This document shows, one piece after another, positions 59,861 to 64,000 of a stretch of 64,000 nt of DNA. The translations under genes were made by a program, and so were the position numbers. The DNA is taken from the NCBI RefSeq assembly GCF_009914755.1, contig NC_060937.1, one strand, 5' to 3'. The stretch's first letter is position 1; every line of letters begins with the position of its first letter. The stretch is from the human T2T-CHM13v2.0 reference genome, Homo sapiens. Below the pieces are notes generated by a model, which saw only the letters and a program-made list of their open reading frames with translations, was not told the DNA's origin and made no database searches.

Positions 59861-62800
59861 GACTAAACAAATCATTAGCAGCTTATTATTTTTGCTTAGA
59901 TTGTGGTTGAAATATCCTTGGAAACAAAGGTAGGCTTGAGAAATTCTAAGAAAATTATTTAGTTCTTTAAGTTCAAGTACAGCAAAGATGAAGTTTGCAA
60001 AATTCAGCAGTGAATAAAACTCTGAAATCACTCTGCAAGTTTCAATTATTTTTTATAGTTTCTATGCATTTCTATAACATACCCAGAAGCTACTCTGATG
60101 TGTCTTTTGAAAGTCCACTGAGGGAAAACAATACCTTTTTTTCTTCAAATTGTTTGTTTTTCTACACACTGTACACACACAAAAAAAGAGTATGGAAGTT
60201 ATTATGTTGATATTTTAAGCAAAAAAATGCCTTCAATTATGTATTTTGAATATCTTGCTAATTGAAGCAAAAGAAGTATATATTTTTCACTTTCTTATAT
60301 TATCTAGAAAACTACCCTGATTATGGACTCTGCAGGTGTAGGAACAGCCTTCATCGGGAGAAGTAGAATTCATGATTTATTCAAATCTATAATGGTAATG
60401 AGTCGTCAGTCTATGAAGAAAATTCAGGTCTATTCCAAGGGTACTGAAAGCTTTCTTTACATGTAGCTGTTCATCTCTGTGACATTCCTGGAGGGCGTCT
60501 TTTCATAGTTTATTATTATTTGAAGTGGCAGGAGGCAGGTAACTTCAAACGAAGCAGCCTGAAGTAATAGTCTTGGGAAGACATTTCCTGTTCAAAATAC
60601 ACCTAAATTTGTTGATTGTGACCATAGGAAGCTGAGGAATATTATGGGAGAATGTACATTAGGAAAAGAGAGAGAATATAGTAACAACATCTTAGAAACA
60701 GCATGAAGAATAAGTGCTATTTGTAATCAAGCAGAGGTTTGTCAAAATCAAAGTTGTTGGGAAAGAGATGACTCATACTTTCCTTAAACAAAATCAATGT
60801 ATTCACCTTTCAAAACATGGAACAGTCATATTAAAAAAAGAGATGTCTCCAAAGAAGAAGGGGAGAAATTGAATAAGAAGGTAAATAAACAACTCCTGCT
60901 TCAATTCAAACAGTCCAACTTTTATTACTTCCATATAGATACCTACATAATCATTAATTTGGCAGAATGATTTTGCTACTAAAACAAACAAAAATAATAA
61001 TAAAGTTATGAAACTTACTTTTGGAAAGGGCCCAGTTACATTTGCCATGTCAAACCCAAAAATATGTATTGGCATCATGTAAAAAGACGTTATCAATTAT
61101 TAACACCATCCAGCACATTATTAGTGTAGAGTGCTCACCTCAAGCCATGCCTAACACATCCTTCTGCCCCTTTCTGGACTGTATACCCTTCCACCACCCT
61201 ATTCATTTTCCCTTTCCTCGCATTCCCTCTGCAGTTGGCTTTGAAGTATGGTATTAACATCTCTGCCATAAGTTTGACCCCTCTGGGCACTCTTCTGTTT
61301 TTTTATACCCACTTTGTGAGGCAAGTTTGAATAATTTGCCTTTCCCTTCATTCTAGCTCCTTGGAATCCTTGCACCTTGGTTTAATTTGGTTCCTGCCGA
61401 TTCAAAAGTATTGACTAGGTCAAGAGCACAAATAAATGAGTCTCAGAGCTGAAGGCAAAACTACTAATGATCCCATTTGCTGTATTTCAGTCGCTTATAA
61501 AAGTAGCTGGAGAAAAACTACTTTTTGCTTGCCTTGGGTAACTATGAAACAAGCAAATTCAAAATATTTGTAGAAAGTCTGAAGTTGCTAATCATATTAT
61601 AAATCTTACATCTAGAATGAAATTATTATGTGAGACATCACACATCTGTGAACCATTTTCATAATTGCATCTGGGTGTACATCTGTGTGTCTTAGTTCAC
61701 TCACAAAACGTGATTTTCTAATGAATTAGAAACTCTAAAATTAAAACCCCTATAAACCCACTAAAAGGCTACAAAAGGAATCACATAGCTGGAATCCACT
61801 TCACACAATCATGTGTTCAAACCCCATCTCACAGAGATCCACAATGAATTCTCAAAATAATAGAAAATAACATTTTAAGAGATGAAAATGGAAATTTCAG
61901 CTACAATGATTTATTCTTCCATATCCCTTTATTCCATAATTTCACTTTGCTAATTTTCCCTAGAGGATGTATCAACAAATTATTTCTCATTTGTCTTTTC
62001 TTACTCTGCTTTTCTTCTACAGTATCCTTATGTCCATAATTATGGGCTTGCAAATATCTACTGTGCAATCATTTAACCTCCTCTTTCACAAATGAAATTG
62101 CCCATTATGTGAAAAGAAACTAATCCTTTTTATTGCATTATATATTGATTTGTTGGGTGGTTGGTAGACAGATTGAGTTGCTCCTACCTAGCTTCTAAGA
62201 GTCTTTGGCATGACCAACTTTTCTATCTTATTCGTCAACTCTCCAGCTTTTCAACTCTTTTACAAAACATAAGTCAGAATTGAATAAATTTTCATGGCTA
62301 GTGGAAAAATACATAAAATAATTAATTCTTTCCTCTGCATTTCAATTTTCCTAAGTTATATAGGCATTTTTAGTGAAAGCACAAGTCACAGTCAGCCTGT
62401 GGACTCTGTGACCCTGCTGTACTTTTGTTTCATTGATTTTTACACCACTTTTGTCAATGTAGTTTGATATGCATTTTTAAATAGACCAACTTAGCCATAT
62501 TTTTGATAAAATTAATCTTGGTGTGGGTGAGTCAGTACATTATTTATAATTGCTAGTATTTTGAATCCAAAATTGTATTTTCGTTCAATAAAGCAAGGTG
62601 TATTTATATGATCTTAAGGTGATAATAGATAAGACAACATACTTATTCTGTGAAATTGTATTAACTATTGCTGGAGATTAAAGGCAAGTTAAAAATGATA
62701 GCACTAAACACATACGGTAACTACTGTAGACATTTAAAAATCCATAAATTTTCAGGTATTAAAATTCTGTAAAAAATTAACTTGCTCTACAAAATTTAAT

Positions 62801-62914
62801 AAAAATATTAAAACGAACTGGTCCAGATTCCTCTAGGGACCTTATTGGGCACATTATTCTAGTTTAGTTATGAACCACTACTATCCATGGGGAGAACTCT
62901 GAATTATAGCACAA

Positions 62915-63050
62915 AAATAATAGCTACCAATTCTTTGAGTGCTATATACCAGACACCGTGCAAGGTGCTTTGCTTACTGTTATCCTACTTTACAGTTATT
63001 TTCTTCACTTTACAGAAGAGAAAGCATAAGCTCAGAAACAAAGTAATTTT
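62915..63050 (-). mobile_element. MIR
   Basis: aataatagctacc...ccagacaccgtgc.aggtgcttt...ttttacagaagagaaa. Confidence 0.6.
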
Positions 63051-63444
63051 CCTACAGTCATAAAAATGTTTGAGGCTTTGATAGATACAGAGACTTTTAA
63101 TGCTAATTTGTATACACTTTGTCTTTGCTTCAGGGTACACAGAATGATTACATTTGTTCCTTGCTGTTAGGAGGAACAAGCAGAAGTTCCATATGCCACC
63201 TTCTTCTGCTACTGCAGCAACAAGTGATATTCGAGACAGTGAAGCCCCCATCAATTCTAGACTGATATGGAGCAGAGACGACCTCCTATACACACTCCCA
63301 CTACTGACCCATGGTGGACAAGAAACCAGAAATTTCATTATGTTAAGCTTCTGAGATATTTCTGTTTTTTCCACTGAACATTATTCTAATTTATGTGATA
63401 TATTTGATTTTAGAGCTAACTTGTTCTAAAGCTTACAGTCTTTT

Positions 63445-63582
63445 GCTGGGCAGGGTAGCAGTTCCAGCCACTTAGTAGGCTGAAACAGGAGGATGGCTTA
63501 AGCTCAGGAGTTTGAGACCAGCCTGGGCTAAATAATGAGACCCCATCTCTTAAAAATATATACAAAATATATAAACAAAAAT
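63445..63582 (+). mobile_element. FLAM (free left Alu monomer)
   Basis: gctgggcagggtagc...ggaggatggcttaagctcaggagtttgagaccagcctggg; TSD aaagcttaca at 63428-63437 and 63583-63592. Confidence 0.82.
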
Positions 63583-63766
63583 AAAGCTTACAATTTTTTT
63601 CAACAACAACCTTGTGTATAGTTCAAACGGATTTTGTACCCCATACCTTAGTAACCTACTCAATGTCATATAAGCCTTTCTACCTTTCAGAGTATCTTCT
63701 TGTCATTCCTTCTTAAAATGCTCCTCCCAAATCCTATTCTGTCTTTTTTTACTACTTTTGATCTGA

Positions 63767-64000
63767 ACTGTCCAATATGTGACTTTGTCCATATGTGTCC
63801 ACATGCAACTATTGAGCCCTTGAAATATGGCTAGTTCAAAACTGAGATACACTGTAAGTATAATACTGCATACTGGATTTTGAACAATTAGGACAAAAAG
63901 AATATTAAATATATTCTTAAAATTAATTACATGTTAAAATGGTATGTTGGATATATTTGGTTAAATGAAACTTTATTAAAATGAATTAGCCCTGTTTCTT
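63767..64000 (+). mobile_element. MER3/MER33-like hAT MITE, running off the window
   Basis: ctgtccaatat...ccacatg..actattgagc.cttgaaat.tggctagt...ttggatatatt.ggttaaat. Confidence 0.75.

Noticed and set aside
60300-60570. Possible exon after tgcag
   Set aside because: No sustained ORF or recognisable protein; needs transcript data.

Overview
Primate nuclear DNA, almost certainly human because it carries an AluYb8 with its diagnostic 7-bp duplication. It is AT-rich, gene-poor and dominated by interspersed repeats. No cellular protein-coding exon or RNA gene can be supported; the ORF track is explained by L1, Alu, LTR, ERV and tandem-repeat sequence. Contents: several L1 elements (three with large internal deletions), nine Alu/FLAM copies (most with readable target-site duplications, TSDs), a solo LTR7 (HERV-H), MaLR/ERVL LTRs and hAT MITEs. 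The centrepiece is a rearranged ERV9/LTR12 provirus (22922-28760, TSD CTAT). Its 5' LTR downstream part, gag and most of pol are replaced by a 2.7-kb SATR1/SATR2-like satellite cassette: GC-rich direct terminal repeats, two inverted arrays of hairpin-rich ~75-bp units and an AT-rich core. Also notable are a perfect 17 x 25-bp minisatellite built on a 20-bp palindrome and bounded by 13-bp inverted repeats at an L1 breakpoint, and a ~145-bp inverted duplication 2 kb apart. Repeat family names come from recalled consensus motifs, not a database search.
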